A stretch of DNA of 64,000 nt from Tubiluchus corallicola (GCA_030141605.1 JAQGDQ010000519.1:1-64000), one strand, 5' to 3'. Positions 25,657 through 40,036 are shown, counted from the stretch's first letter. Numbers and translations: made by a program. The notes: generated by a model not told the origin, from the letters alone.

Positions 25657-26252
25657 TTAAAGCAAACCCGGACCCAGTCTTAAACTGTAGGTCAAAACAA
25701 TCTACTCTTTAAAATATTGAAAGGAAACATAGTATTTTTTTCAAAAAATGACTTGCGTGAAAGAATTATTATCACACAAAGACAATTTCACGTTGGCCAC
25801 ACTCGTTCTTCGCTGTTACATGCATTTCGTTATTCGCTAGTTAGACGGGCACAAGCGCCTGCATTTCGGAGAGGCATTGCACAAAAACCAGGCGCTGCAC
25901 CTCTCAGTTCAGATGTTTTAGTTTGTGACGAAATACACACTTTCACGCACGAGCTGTAAATTTGAAATTTGACTTTTTATCTTAAAACTTGCCTAATTTT
26001 ACTTCAACACATTGAATATCTGACAGTAGTACTGTACTTCGCTTTTGCTTTCGCGTGCTAAACGCTCGCTGAATTTTTTCTTGCTGTTGAAAATTATGTT
26101 ACTTTATGATGTCATCAATAATTGGGCTCGCCCGTCGTTAATTAAGTTTTTAATCTACTACGTTTTTGCATTATTAATTCTGTTCAAATGAATACTTTTT
26201 GTCGTGCTTGGAAATAGGGTAGTATATGAAAAATCATCCTGTCTTCCTTTAA
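25657..26252 (+). mobile_element. TTAA-flanked non-autonomous DNA transposon (Kolobok-like), copy 1
   Basis: Ends ttaaagc... and ...tcctttaa; co-oriented homolog at 33157-33784. Confidence 0.65.
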
Positions 26253-27264
26253 CGCCCCATGACACATCAATCGAAACAAGTCTTATTTGTGCTTACTCAC
26301 GAAGCCTGCTAAGTATTAGACCTAGTCTTCTTCAGTCAAGTAGGAGTCTGTTAGTTCTACGGCTTATGATTACAAAACAGAAACAATCATGTTGGGATAA
26401 AGTTTACAAAAAAGGTGTTGTCGATGACGTTCATCACATTAAACTTTTAGATTTTTTCGAGTCCTCAAATGCAGGTAATAGAATCACAAGACACAAATTG
26501 AATCAACTAGAATTCACAATGGGACAAAATCTGTGTTGATTCCATGCGCGATACTTGTATTATTGGGACTGGAGGATGGTTGATTTGGTAAATTTTAGCC
26601 TGGTGATCAGCGCATTGTTGTTGTTCAGTGTACAGGTTAGACAGTAAGCATTAATATTAGCTTTATCACATATTTTATGAGTTTTATACGTTGAGCAAAC
26701 AACAGGCAGCGTGCTAGTGGATAGTTTACAAGAGTGGGGGGATAGCCAACCTTCCACAAAGCGTCGAATGAACTGATTCTGCCTCCTGCCTAAAACCAAA
26801 AATTCGTTTGGAAGGACCTCTTGGGAAATGGCCTCATGAACTGCTAGGTGTCATGTGGCTGTAGGAAGAACTATATTACGGGTGTCGTAATTACGTTTTG
26901 GCAGTTTCGCTTTTTGTCTTAGTGAAATGAAGCACAACATTATTACTTCCGTTCGACAAAATGAAGGTCTAATGATCCTAACACAGCTGAAATGTTGCCT
27001 CTACTGCCGCAGCGCGTCGAAATGAATGAATAAATTGGCATTGATCTTACATCTGACATGCTTCGGAATTCGTGTCAACTAACTGCACAAGCCAATACAG
27101 CATTAATCCGCTGCAGCTACAGGGCGACCGGTAACAAAGTCACAGGAAATAATTCACGATTAATTTATGGTGGCCATATAAAGTCAAAATTTGATTAGGA
27201 AAGAAAGTCAGGTAATCAAACAAAAATATTCAGATCAGTCAAAGATTATTTTAAGCACAAAACT

Positions 27265-27306
<42 letters not shown>

Positions 27307-27727
27307 TACATGTAATGTATACGCTCAAACCAAAGTTGCGTTCCCATATCTATGTTAGTTTATTCTGCAAAATACAAATTTTCTGTAGTCTACAATTACT
27401 ACCTCTACAAAACTACTGAAATAAGTGCTAGAAAATAAGTGCTACAGATTACTGCATTACACTAAAAAGCTAAAATGCAAACATACATTGTTGGTCCAAT
27501 ATTGAGTCGAGAAAAAGCCAGAATGTCAGTAAAAGGTAGCAGTATAATTATAAGTCAAATTTTAAATGTAACAGAGACATGTGTACATAACAAGTTCCAC
27601 CTATACAATGTCAGAGTAGAAAAAGTAGTCTAGCTTGTTGAACTACAGTCTAATATATTGTGGCTTCTAATGCATATACTACCTTGAGAAGGGGTAATGG
27701 ACCAAAACATTTGTACCTGCAACATGT

Positions 27728-27728
<1 letters not shown>

Positions 27729-27817
<89 letters not shown>
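27729..27817. repeat. (CA)n microsatellite
   Basis: Direct observation. Confidence 0.95.
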
Positions 27818-27819
<2 letters not shown>

Positions 27820-28264
27820 GAATATAAATGTAGGAAAGTGTAGTACAGGTAAATTTGGTACTATCATATTAAGGTACGAGGACGTTTTGGTACCAGGAAA
27901 ATGGAAAGCTTTGGGAATAAACGAAAAAGAGAGCATTTCTATTTCTCTGTACAAAAAAATTGTTTCAATTAGAAAATAAAGAAGTTTTTCAGCAGGGAGG
28001 AAATATGATGCTAGGAAAGTTTGATTGTTAAAAAGTTCATAAAATATTATATTGTAATTAATAGTACATGGCAGGTGAAATATGCATCCATGAAGGTACA
28101 TTTGGGATTTGTTTCAGGAAAAAAGTGAAAGGTCTCAAACTCTCGGCGCAAATTTTCCAAAAAGCTTGGTAAATTTGGTTTTTTTTCACGAAATGATCAC
28201 TTTCTTTGTTTTTTACAAAAATTATCAAAGTGAGATAAGAACATGGCAGCGATGGCTAATGATA

Positions 28265-28587
28265 TCTGTACTTCTTGATGATGATGGTGATGGTGATGGT
28301 GATGATGATGATAATGATAATGACGACCATAATGATATCACTGGACAGAAAGGTCCTGCATAAGCACAGCTTGGTTTCCCGTGAGGGCCACACAGTACAC
28401 AGTGCAGAGTGAGAACTGTACTTCTTGATGATGATGGTGATGATGACGATGATGATGATGCTGATGATGACGACGCCCATAATGATATCACTGGACAGAA
28501 AGGTCCTGCATAAGCACAGCTTGGTTTCCCGTGAGGGCCACACAGTACACAGTACAGAGTGAGAACTGTACTTCTAGATGATGATGG

Positions 28588-28619
<32 letters not shown>
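28265..28619. repeat. ~150-bp tandem repeat with embedded (GAT)n, running into the gap
   Basis: ctgtacttcttgatgatgatggtgatg...cataatgatatcactggacagaaagg...gagtgagaa occurs twice plus a partial third copy. Confidence 0.85.
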
Positions 28620-28990
28620 NNNNNNNNNNNNNNNNNNNNNNNNNNNNNNNNNNNNNNNNNNNNNNNNNNNNNNNNNNNNNNNNNNNNNNNNNNNNNNNNN
28701 NNNNNNNNNNNNNNNNNNNNNNNNNNNNNNNNNNNNNNNNNNNNNNNNNNNNNNNNNNNNNNNNNNNNNNNNNNNNNNNNNNNNNNNNNNNNNNNNNNNN
28801 NNNNNNNNNNNNNNNNNNNNNNNNNNNNNNNNNNNNNNNNNNNNNNNNNNNNNNNNNNNNNNNNNNNNNNNNNNNNNNNNNNNNNNNNNNNNNNNNNNNN
28901 NNNNNNNNNNNNNNNNNNNNNNNNNNNNNNNNNNNNNNNNNNNNNNNNNNNNNNNNNNNNNNNNNNNNNNNNNNNNNNNNNNNNNNNNNN
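28620..28990. other. Assembly gap (N run)
   Basis: 371 N. Confidence 1.
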
Positions 28991-29883
28991 AAGTTTGCCA
29001 AATTTGAAAAGTGCGTCTAATTTGTTCCCACTAGCTAAGTCCTGTAAAAATTTTTTCATAAAATCGGAACTGAATTTAAATCATAGGAATTATCAAAACT
29101 CCCGCAAATTTGCCACAATAGTGCAAGCTGTAACTACTGTACTGTCATTCTGGCTTTTGCTACACCTGTCATAATCATTGTCACAGTCAACATCATCATC
29201 AGTGTCATCTTTGCCATAATTATCACTGTTATCATCAGCGTCGTTATTATCGTGATAATGTCATCACTAGCATCATCATTGTCATCATCAATATTAGTGC
29301 CATCACTTACTGTAATCACTCGACGTTATTTATTGACAGCAGCAACAGTAACAGTGGTGATGGCGATGATAATTATTATGATCACTGCTAACAATATTAA
29401 CAGCAGTAACAACAATAACAACAGCAACAGCAACAACACGATGACAGCAATAATGATGATGATGGTGGTGGTGGTAGTAGTAATCCCAACAGAAGAGCGA
29501 GCAAGAAACAGACAAACAAAAAAGAGGAAGCGAACAAAAAACAAACAAATACAAACAACAATATAAGCCTTTATAACTTATTCAAGTAGGTTATATAAAA
29601 TATGTTTTTGTTGTACAAACTTTCCTTGTACGAAACTTTCTCTGTACCGAATTTTCCTACTATCAAAAAAGCTTTCCGAGTACTAAATTTTCCTAGTACC
29701 AAACTTGTTCCGTACCATTTTTAACTTGTACTATATTTACTTGTACCAAAAATGTCTGACAAAACTTCGTTAGTACCATATTTACTAGCATCATATTTTC
29801 CCTGTACCAATTTTTCTCAGTACCAAAATTACCGCGTACCAAAATTCTTAGTACTGTAGATTTTCACGGTAGCAAAATTTCTT

Positions 29884-31532
29884 TGTACCAAAATACCGGT
29901 TCCAAACTTACCTGTACCAAATTTACTTGTACCAAACTTACCTGTACCAACTTTACTTGTACCATACTTACCTGTACCAAATTTACTTGTACCAAACTTA
30001 CCTGTACCAACTTTACTTGTACCATACTTACCTGTACCAAATTTACTTGTACCAAACTTACCTGTACCAAATTTACTTGTACCAAACTTACCTGTACCAA
30101 ATTTACTTGTACCATACTTACCTGTACCAAATTTACTTGTACCAAACTTACCTGTACCAAATTTACTTGTACCAAACTTACCTGTACCAACTTTACTTGT
30201 ACCATACTTACCTGTACCAAATTTACTTGTACCAAACTTACCTGTACCAAATTTACTTGTACCAAACTTACCTGTACCAAACTTACTTGTACTAAATTTA
30301 TTTATACCAAACTTACCTGTACCAAATTTACTCGTAGCAAACTTACTTGTACCAAATTTACTTGTACCAAACTTACTTGTACCAAATTTACTTGTACCAA
30401 ACTTACCAATACCAAATTTACTTGTACCATACTTACCTGTACCAAATTTACTTGTACCAAACTTACCTGTACCAAATTTACTTGTACCAAACTTACCTGT
30501 ACCAAATTTACTTGTACCAAACTTACCTGTACCAAATTTACTTGTACCAAACTTACCTGTACCAAATTTACTTGTACCAAACTCACCTGTACCAAATTTA
30601 CTTGTACAAAACTTACCTGTACCAAATTTACTTGTACCAAACTTACCTGTACCAAATTTACTTGTACCAAACTCACCTGTACCAAACTTACCTGTACCAA
30701 ATTTACTTGTACCAAACTTACCTATACCAAATTTACTTGTACCAAACTTACCTGTACCAAATTTACTTGTACCAAACTTACCTGTACCAAATTTACTTGT
30801 ACCAAACTTACCTGTACCAAATTTACTTGTACCAAACTTACCTGTACCAAATTTACTTGTACCAAACTTACCTGTACCAAATTTACTTGTACAAAACTTA
30901 CCTGTACCAAATTTACTTGTACCAAACTTACCTGTACCAAATTTACTTGTACAAAACTTACCTGTACCAAATTTACTTGTACCAAACTTACCAATACCAA
31001 ATTTACTTGTACCATACTTACCTATACCAAATTTACTTGTACCATACTTACCTGTACCAAATTTACTTGTACCAAACTTACCTGTACCAAACCTACCTGT
31101 ACCAAACTTACCTGTACCAAATTTACTTGTACAAAACTTACCTGTACCAAATTTACTTATACCAAACTTACCTGTACTAAATTTACTTGTACCAAACTTA
31201 CCTGTACCAAATTTACTTGTACCAAACTTACCTGTACCAAACCTACCTGTACCAAACTTACCTGTACCAAATTTACTTGTACAAAACTTACCTGTACCAA
31301 ATTTACTTATACCAAACTTACCTGTACTAAATTTACTTGTACCAAACTTACTTGTACCAAATTTACTTGTACCAAACTTACCAATACCAAATTTACTTGT
31401 ACCATACTTACCTATACCAAATTTACTTGTACCATACTTACCTGTACCAAATTTACTTGTACCAAACTTACCTGTACCAAACCTACCTGTACCAAACTTA
31501 CCTGTACCAAATTTACTTGTACCAAACTTACC
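29884..31532 (+). repeat. 15-bp minisatellite (tgtaccaaaYttacY) with 30-bp dimer higher order
   Basis: Alternating tgtaccaaacttacc / tgtaccaaatttact; degenerate units extend left to about 29610. Confidence 0.97.
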
Positions 31533-32310
31533 GCGAACCTACACGTGACTTGTACATTTTGACAACACCGTTTATATGTGATGGAATTACACTATGTAAA
31601 CAATAGCGTTTTGTTTAATAGCTTAGGATTAGGATTAGGGTTTTTTCCTCTGAGAATTTCTACGACTTTATTACCTGGCGTGTGCTACAGTTAATCCGTA
31701 TTACGACAGGCCCTGATGTATAACTCGATTCTATCGCCTCTTGCGCGAGTAAGAGCCGTCAAAATGTCAGGGAGTGACTTCACTGAGTGATCTCGTGTGA
31801 TAATGATATCATAGGAACTGCAGCTCAGCATTATTACACGACAAAACTGTCTAAACCGCGTTAAACGAGATCACATGCTTTCTGACGTAAGTCGCTAAAA
31901 TGTCTACAGCTTTCTACGGGCTTTTAGAACTTTTTACAGCTTTGAATCCATTTGCGTTTTGGCTGAATACTGCTGCAGTGCTTCTCTACTGATGAACAAG
32001 CAGAAATCCTGGAAAATGGCTTTGCTGAGTTCATTCATAATTCAACAACAAGCAGCGAGTGTGTTGTGATCATGGCTCAAGGTTTCAGTGTGGCCATATT
32101 GTCTCTGTGTGATCTTTCAGAAGCTTAGCTAATCAATCTGCTGCTAAGTTCTAAGTAATTACAGCAACGAGACGCCAAGGAAGCCAGTTTAATCTTCTCC
32201 GATGGTCTTCTCAGGGGACACGTTAATGTCAAAAGCATGATTTGTTTCAGCAAAAAGTTTGGCTGTCATCAGCTGTGTGCGTTTCGTATTCAAATTTAGT
32301 GAACAATCGG

Positions 32311-32715
32311 TAGTGACATTGTTTGCTTAACAAACAGTTGAGCGCTTGATCATCACAGAGCATGCGCTATAATACCTATATTAAGGCCAGTGTGAACCTG
32401 ACTTAATAAATTTTAATTTTGTAGCCAAGGTGGCTCCATCTAGCTAGTGACATTGTTTGCGTAACAAACAGTTGAGTGCTTGATCTTCACAGAGCATGCG
32501 CTATAATACCTATATTAAGGCCAGTGTGAACCTGACTTAATAAATTTAAATTTTGTAGCCAAGGTGGCTCCATCTAGCTAGTGACATTGTTTGCGTAACA
32601 AACAGTTGAGTGCTTGATCATCACAGAGCATGCGCTATAATACCTATATTAAGGCCAGTGTGAACCTGACTTAATAAATTTTAATTTTGTAGCCATGGTG
32701 GCTCCATCTAGCTAG
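32311..32715. repeat. 134-bp tandem repeat x3
   Basis: tagtgacattgtttgc starts at 32311, 32445 and 32579. Confidence 0.93.
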
Positions 32716-33156
32716 AACGTTTAAAGTGTGGGCATTGACCTACTTATGTTTTCATTATGCTGTTCTGTAGTATGAGGGAACATGTGTCTTGTGCAAGCTA
32801 GCGAAACTTTTCATTAGTTGTATGTCGCAACGATGTACGTTTATTTCTATTAATTTTTAAATATTGCAGAAATAAAGATCAGTCATTTAGAATGAAATTC
32901 AACTGAGACTTTTGAAGTTGTCATAAATACCTCTCAGAGACACTAACAACTTACATTGATTAACAAAACTTCTTTAATAATTCATAATATTATAGCATAT
33001 AATATATAATAATGCATATTTAATAAAGCATTTGTAACAATTCATGTAGTCGAAATGTTTTTAGATGTTGACTTATTTTGAGAAATTTTTCTCTCACATT
33101 ATTTCCTGCTCGGCGCATCAAATCCCTGTTATAAGTACATGCTGCGCCAGTACAAT

Positions 33157-33784
33157 CTAAAGCAAAACCAGACCCAGTCTTAGACTGTAGGTCAAAACAA
33201 TCTACTCTTCAAAATATTGAAAGGAAACATACTATTTTTTTCAAAAATGAATTACGTGAAAGAATTATTACCACACAAACACAATTTCACGTTTGCACCA
33301 CTAATTTTTCTCTGTTAACACGCATTTCGCCATTCGCTAGTTAGATGGACACTAGCGCCTGCATTTCAGAAACGCATTGTATAAAAAAACAGGTGCTGTA
33401 CATCTCAGTTTCGATGTGTTAGTTTGTGACGAACTACACACGTTCGACAGCTCTTGCGTGAGCACAGCGCTAAATTTGAAATTTGAATTTTTATCTTAGA
33501 ACTTGTCTAGTTTTAGCACAACACACAGAATATCTTACAGTAGCGCAGTACTTCAATTTTCGCTTTCGCAAACACGTGCAACACGCTCAGGGAATATTTT
33601 TGCTGTTGAAAATTATGTTAGTTTGTGATGGCATCAATAGTTGGGCTAATCCACCGCTAATTAAGTTTTTAATCTATTATTTGATTATCAGAAACACCTT
33701 TGCAGTATTAATTCTGTTAAAATGTATACTTTGTATCGGACTTGAAAATGGGGTAGTATGAAAAATCATCCTGTCTTCCTTTGA
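33157..33784 (+). mobile_element. TTAA-type non-autonomous DNA transposon, copy 2
   Basis: Homologous end-to-end with 25657-26252. Confidence 0.65.
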
Positions 33785-33830
33785 GCTATAATATTTGTTT
33801 TATTTTAAGCAGATTTTCTTTTCGGAACTG

Positions 33831-34640
33831 TAAGAGTTCAAGTCACAATCACGTTTAATTGTATAGACTATGTATATTCATAGGCGTAGCCAGGTTTTAA
33901 AGTTAGGGGGAGCAAGCAGATAAGAGTTCAAGTCACTATCACGTTTAATTGTATAGACTGTGTATATTCATGGGCGTAGCCAGGTTCTAAAGTTAGGGGG
34001 AGCAAGCAGGTGAGAGTTCAAGTCACAATCAAGTTTAATTGCATAGACTATGTATATTCATGGGCGTAGCCAGGTTCTAAAGTTAGGGGGAGCAAGCAGG
34101 TGAGAGTTCAAGTCACAATCAAGTTTAATTGTATAGACTGTGTATATTTATGGGCGTAGCCAGGTTCTAAAGTTAGGGGGAGCAAGCAGGTGAGAGTTCA
34201 AGTCACAATCAAGTTTAATTGCATAGACTATGTATATTCATAGGCGTAGCCAGGTTTTAAAGTTAGGGGGAGCAAGCAGATAAGAGTTCAAGTCACTATC
34301 ACGTTTAATTGTATAGACTGTGTATATTCATGGGCGTAGCCAGGTTCTAAAGTTAGGGGGAGCAAGCAGGTGAGAGTTCAAGTCACAATCAAGTTTAATT
34401 GCATAGACTATGTATATTCATGGGCGTAGCCAGGTTCTAAAGTTAGGGGGAGCAAGCAGGTGAGAGTTCAAGTCACAATCAAGTTTAATTGCATAGACTA
34501 TGTATATTCATGGGCGTAGCCAGGTTCTAAAGTTAGGGGGAGCAAGCAGGTGAGAGTTCAAGTCACAATCAAGTTTAATTGTATAGACTGTGTATATTCA
34601 TGGGCGTAGCCAGGTTTTAAAGTTAGGGGGAGCAAGCACA
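33831..34640. repeat. 90-bp tandem repeat x9 containing a MITE left end
   Basis: agagttcaagtcac...catgggcgtagccaggttctaaagttagggggagcaagcag with period 90. Confidence 0.95.
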
Positions 34641-35756
34641 TAAAAAAGGCGACGTAACAAATATAAAACAATTTTTAACGCATTGATTATACATTTTAAT
34701 TTTGTGTTTAAAATCAAAGCACGAGGAAGAAACAGTTTTAAAGGAAGTACAAAATTGTTATTTTCTATTTAAAATTAAAGCTCAATAAAGCTTTTATAAT
34801 AAGCCCATAAATTCCGAGACATAATAAAAACACGTGTGTTGAAAACGTACCAATTTTGAAAAATGTGCTCAAGGGGAGCAGTTATCTCCCCTTCCTCCCC
34901 TATTCGTTACCCCACTGCCTATGTGTTAGGACATCAGACTTTTGCTCATTCAAAATGCGTTATCAGTTGACACTTGAAACTTGTACTCGTCATCATGTGC
35001 CTGGTTGTGTCATCGCAGTAATCATAATCATCATCGCCTTCGTCGTCATCGTCATCATCACAATCACCATCATCACCATCACGTCATCATGATGTTGGTC
35101 TAGACTTAGTCGCAATCCCGTCATCACCATCATCACCATCGTCATCGCCATCATACTATGAAATTTTGCTGTAGTAATTTAGTTTTCATGTATCTATATA
35201 TTGTTATGAGTTGGAATTGGTTACACAAAACATGTTGAATAAACGGAGATGCATTTTAAACATTACTTCATTTTTATTGCCAGTAAACACAAGAATAACA
35301 AAAACAAAACATCAGGGCTGTCGTCCTGAGCAGCCGACATTACTTCCACCTCAATAACAACTCCCCCTAGCTAGGTCAAAAGCAAGTACAGAACACATGT
35401 GAGAAGCCAACCTGGCGCTTAAATTAAAATCGGCAGGTGGGTCATAACATCATATATATATATATATATATATATTAATTCTTTATTTGTCATTAAAATG
35501 GTTCACTCATTATAATAAAATTGAGTAAGCCTCAGCGTAATGTTAAAATAACAACACTGTTTAAGACAAATGCGTCAGGGGCGGGGGTAGATGAAAGTTG
35601 AGTCTGTGTAATTAGTATCAGATGCACAATGTGGAAGTCGAAACCTGTTATATTGAAACGTGTTATGTGGATCTAGACTTGGCTGCATTCTCTCGAAATA
35701 ATTTCAAAGCAGCAAAATTTTAGAAGCTGCAACCACCGCCAACCAGAGCAGTTGTA

Positions 35757-36302
35757 CAGGTTTTACATGTCAAATGTAGATTTAGGTAATTCAAATGTGT
35801 CCTGGTAACTCAAATGTAGACTTAGGTAGTTCAAATGTGTTAACAATGGTTTTCAAGAAATCTTACGCGTTTTTGGTAAGTCAAATGTAGACACATGTCA
35901 AGTCAAATGTGACATTGGTATCTCAAATGTGGATAGGTGTCAAAATAATAACTTTATAGGTCTACTAATGGTTCACTAATATTCTGTAAACTTTACATAC
36001 CATTGGAACTGTTAGAGAAAACAATACATTCTTAAAATAAACAATGCTTCTTGAGAGAAACTAATTCATTAATGCAGTGCTAATGCATTACTTAAAAAAC
36101 TAATTAGTGATTCACTGTTCATTGGGAAGTGATGCTGCCGATAGCACCATGACCATAAAATATAACTTTCATTTCGTTTTGCTTTTCGTAATTTGCACTT
36201 AAATGAGTTAATTACCGATTTATTCAAAGTACCGCATCTACATTTGACTTACCTAAGTCACATTTGAACTTTCCTGAGTCTACATTTGACGTGTAAAACC
36301 TA
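35757..36302. mobile_element. MITE with TIR AGGTTTTACAYGTCAAATGTAGA and subterminal TCAAATGT repeats
   Basis: aggtttttacatgtcaaatgtaga at about 35758 vs tctacatttgacgtgtaaaacct at about 36279-36301; TA adjacent on both sides. Confidence 0.75.
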
Positions 36303-36554
36303 TAGTTACTGTAAAGCAATTTCTCCACGTTTGTAACTTTCATTACTGCCAAGGGCGTTTTAGCAACGACATTATACAGTATTCATTCGTTCATTCGTTG
36401 TTTATCGATCACAGCATATATATATATACTAGCAGCACGTAAAATTGATCATTGAAAAGTTTCATCGACCGTCTTATCGTTTTTCTACTACAGCAATCAC
36501 TGGAAACTGTAGCCATTACGCCTGGGCATAAACCGATGTTCAAGCGATTAATTT

Positions 36555-36965
36555 TCTTTTACTCTGTTTACTGCCTTGTTGCTCAAATTGAGAACTAGTC
36601 TGGAATGCGAAGCATTGGGTGACTAGCTTATTAGGTTTTCCCGCTCATTTATTGTTGACGTGGAATCCATTTTGTGAATATATTATTTAATGACAAAAGT
36701 CTTTGTCTTTTTGTCTTTTTAATTAAGTTTTACTCTGTTGTTGTTGAAATTGAGGACTAGTCCGGAATGCGAAGCATTGGGTGACTAGCTTATTAGGTTT
36801 TCCCGCTCATTTATTGCTGTCGTAAATCCATTTTGTGAATATATTATTTAAAGACAAAAGTCTTTGTCTTTTTGTCTTTTTAATTAACTTTTACTCTGTT
36901 TACTGCCTTGTTGCTCAAATTGAGAACTAGTCTGGAATGCGAAGCATTCGGTTACTAGCTTAATA
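36555..36965. repeat. Imperfect tandem repeat (~2.5 units, 160-180 bp)
   Basis: aaattgag(a/g)actagt(c)tggaatgcgaagcatt occurs three times. Confidence 0.8.
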
Positions 36966-37914
36966 ATTTTTTACTAGCTTAATTTTGGTCATTTAAGTAC
37001 ACTCACTGACCACTCGGCTAAACATCTCGCTCATCGCGAAGCCCACTAACGTGGAATGTTGACACAATTTTATGACTAGAAAGGTTTGTGAAGCCAACGG
37101 GTTGAGGCACATTTACTTATTCACTTTTGGCTTCCTAGCTATTATCAGTCTAATAAACCATTCCGTGCGCTCGACACACATTGAGTAGCAGCACTCGTTA
37201 GCATGAACGACATGACTACGCTAATATAGCTTAGAGTTAATTAATTCTGTAGGGGTTATAGGCGTACGAGTCAGGGGGGTGCAGCTCCTTGGAGTCGTGC
37301 AATCACCAAATTTTTCGCGCACCAATAATGAAAAAATAAAATAGTGTTTTTCATAAAAGGAAATTTCCAAATTTGTCCAATGACGTCAAATAAAGTGCTC
37401 GAAATCCGGACATTTTCTGATCATGGGGGGGGGGGTGAGGCAATTCCTGACTCGCAGTTGACTTTTTCAGGTTGGCGCTGTATTTTTGGGCAATAGTGGT
37501 TCAGTTCTCCTACTCCCCCCCCCCCCCCACAGGAATCCCTATGCCAAGAGCGTGGGATGAAAGTCAAGTTGTTATTGGTTACAAAGTTAAGCAACACTGA
37601 TTCTAGTTAGTAACTGGTAGGCGACATTGGGAAAAGTCGCTTTTGCCGCGTCCATTTGCCATACCGCCTCCGCCCGTCTCTTTCGTTGAGAGCAAAACCG
37701 CGAAGTCGCTAAAACCACTCTGTTTGTTCAGCGCTTCCCTTTAAGACATTGTCCTTGAAACTTAGCTGAGTTTCCTTTCTGCTACAATTGCTCCATTACA
37801 CCCCCCACCCCCACCCCCCAATAGCTCTTGTTGAACTCCAGATGGCAGACTGCAGTGTGCCAAATAAAGTGAAAGTAGCAAACTAATAAGCCATCGTATT
37901 TCACTCAGGCTCCT

Positions 37915-38566
37915 CCTCCTGGATCTGCCACGATGCTGCTGCGTGATACTAAGCTTTTCCTGGATCTGCCACAATGCTGCTGCGTGATGCTAAGCTTTTC
38001 CTGGATCTGCCACAATGCTGCTGCGTGATACTAAGCTTTTCCTCCTGGATCTGCCACAATGCTGCTGCGTGATACTAAGCTTTTCCTGGATCTGCCACGA
38101 TGCTGCTGCGTGATACTAAGCTTTTCCTGGATCTGCCACAATGCTGCTGCGTGATACTAAGCTTTTCCTGGATCTGTTACAATGCTGCTGCGTGATACTA
38201 AGCTTTTCCTGGATCTGCCACAATGCTGCTGCGTGATACTAAGCTTTTCCTGGATCTGCCACAATGCTGCTGCGTGATACTAAGCTTTTCCTGGATCTGC
38301 CACGATGCTGCTGCGTGATACTAGGCTCCTCCTCCTGGATCTGCCACGATGCTGCTGCGTGATACTAGGTTTTGTTGAATGCTGCTGCGTGATACTAAGC
38401 TTTTCCTGGATCTGCCACAATGCTGCTGCGTGATACTAAGCTTTTCCTGGATCTGCCACGATGCTGCTGCGTGATACTAGGCTCCTCCTCCTGGATCTGC
38501 CACAATGCTGCTGCGTGATACTAGGCTTCTCCTGCATCTGCCACGATGCTGCTGCGTGATACTAAT
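37915..38566. repeat. 41-bp minisatellite (~16 units) abutting exon 3 acceptor
   Basis: ctggatctgccacaatgctgctgcgtgatactaagcttttc repeated. Confidence 0.95.
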
Positions 38567-38590
38567 GAGGTGTTCGTTAATTTTTTACAG

Positions 38591-38635
38591 AGTCAGACGG
38601 GAAGATTGTGGTTCGCAAGATTTATTAGCAGGCAG
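38591..38635 (+). CDS. KIAA0513: KIAA0513-like coding exon 3 (SQTGRLWFARFISRQ)
   Basis: ttttttacag| ... cag|gtaag; resembles GREWFARYVSAQ. Confidence 0.88.
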
Positions 38636-39833
38636 GTAAGAACGAAAAGGCAGCGGTAATGACTAAAGATGGCGGTAGATTCATCTATTTGGATTTTCCT
38701 CCATATAGTACAGATAACAAAGTTTGTAAGAAATGGTTGATAGATCACCAATTAAATCTGCACTAATTATGAGATATTATCTTCTTAATTTTACCGTGGA
38801 AATTTCTCCAAAGATGCTTAAGGCGCAATATAATTACTGTAATGTTACAATACGAATTTTCCACTAAATTTCAGCAAATGGGGCCTGGTAATTTATCTAT
38901 GTCTAAAATAAACAAATCTTTAATATTTTACATTACCGTGCGAATATGCAAATCTTGTCGTAAATATTCTAAATTTTGTTAGTTCAACAATAATTTTAAC
39001 AGATGGCAATACCAATGATGTAAATAGGACTAGATGTGGTGTCCATTACTTACAATATAGTGACATCTATTGACAAGAGATGAGAAGTATTATAAGCAGA
39101 AGCAGATTTAAACTCTTCAGATTAGAGCTACACTAAAAATACTGAAACCAATGCTAAAATTATATTTTAATAGATAACATCAGTACTGAATATAAAATGA
39201 ATCATTGTAAAAAATTGTCATAGAAAAAAATCTTATAATATATATATTACGCGAATATGCAAATCTTGTCGTAAATATTCGTAAACGCTCCAGTTATTTT
39301 AATTACAGCTAAGCAAACTCGGGACGTTTGTTATAGCGGATATACCTAGCAAACCAACCTAATATGAGTTTAAAATACCTAGCAAATCCAAATGATTCTA
39401 TTAAAACTTCGAGGGTGTGCCAAACTACTGCAGTGCACTTCGTCTATAGCTTCCAGAAAAAGCTAAAAATGGCTTGATTGGTTCTCACTTTGAATATTGA
39501 GCCTCTCATATTTAAACTAACATCATTTCCCAGCCAATGTTTGTATTTGATTAGCAAACCAACTTAAAATACCTATAAAACATCGATTTAAAATAGACGG
39601 CAGCTAATAAATTTATTGTACTAAACTGCTAAACTATCATAATTTCCCGCCTACGCTGCAGGACAGCATTAACTAGTACATACCTAGTGACTTCGGGGCT
39701 GAACAACTTCAGCTTTCCGAAGTAAGTCGAAATTGTTTCTTTTTAACATTACCTGAATAATAGTAATGCGCTTCTAGTGTTCCAATGTACTCGTGGTTAT
39801 GTACATGTATAATTAGAATCAGTATACTGAACA

Positions 39834-40036
<203 letters not shown>

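Noticed and set aside
28225-29174. ORFs spanning the N run
   Set aside because: Artefacts of the assembly gap and (GAT)n repeats.
29864-31606. 559-aa (TCTK[F/L])n ORF resembling an insect antifreeze beta-solenoid
   Set aside because: 15-bp DNA satellite open in multiple frames and on both strands, with no true ATG, signal peptide or synonymous divergence; intronic.
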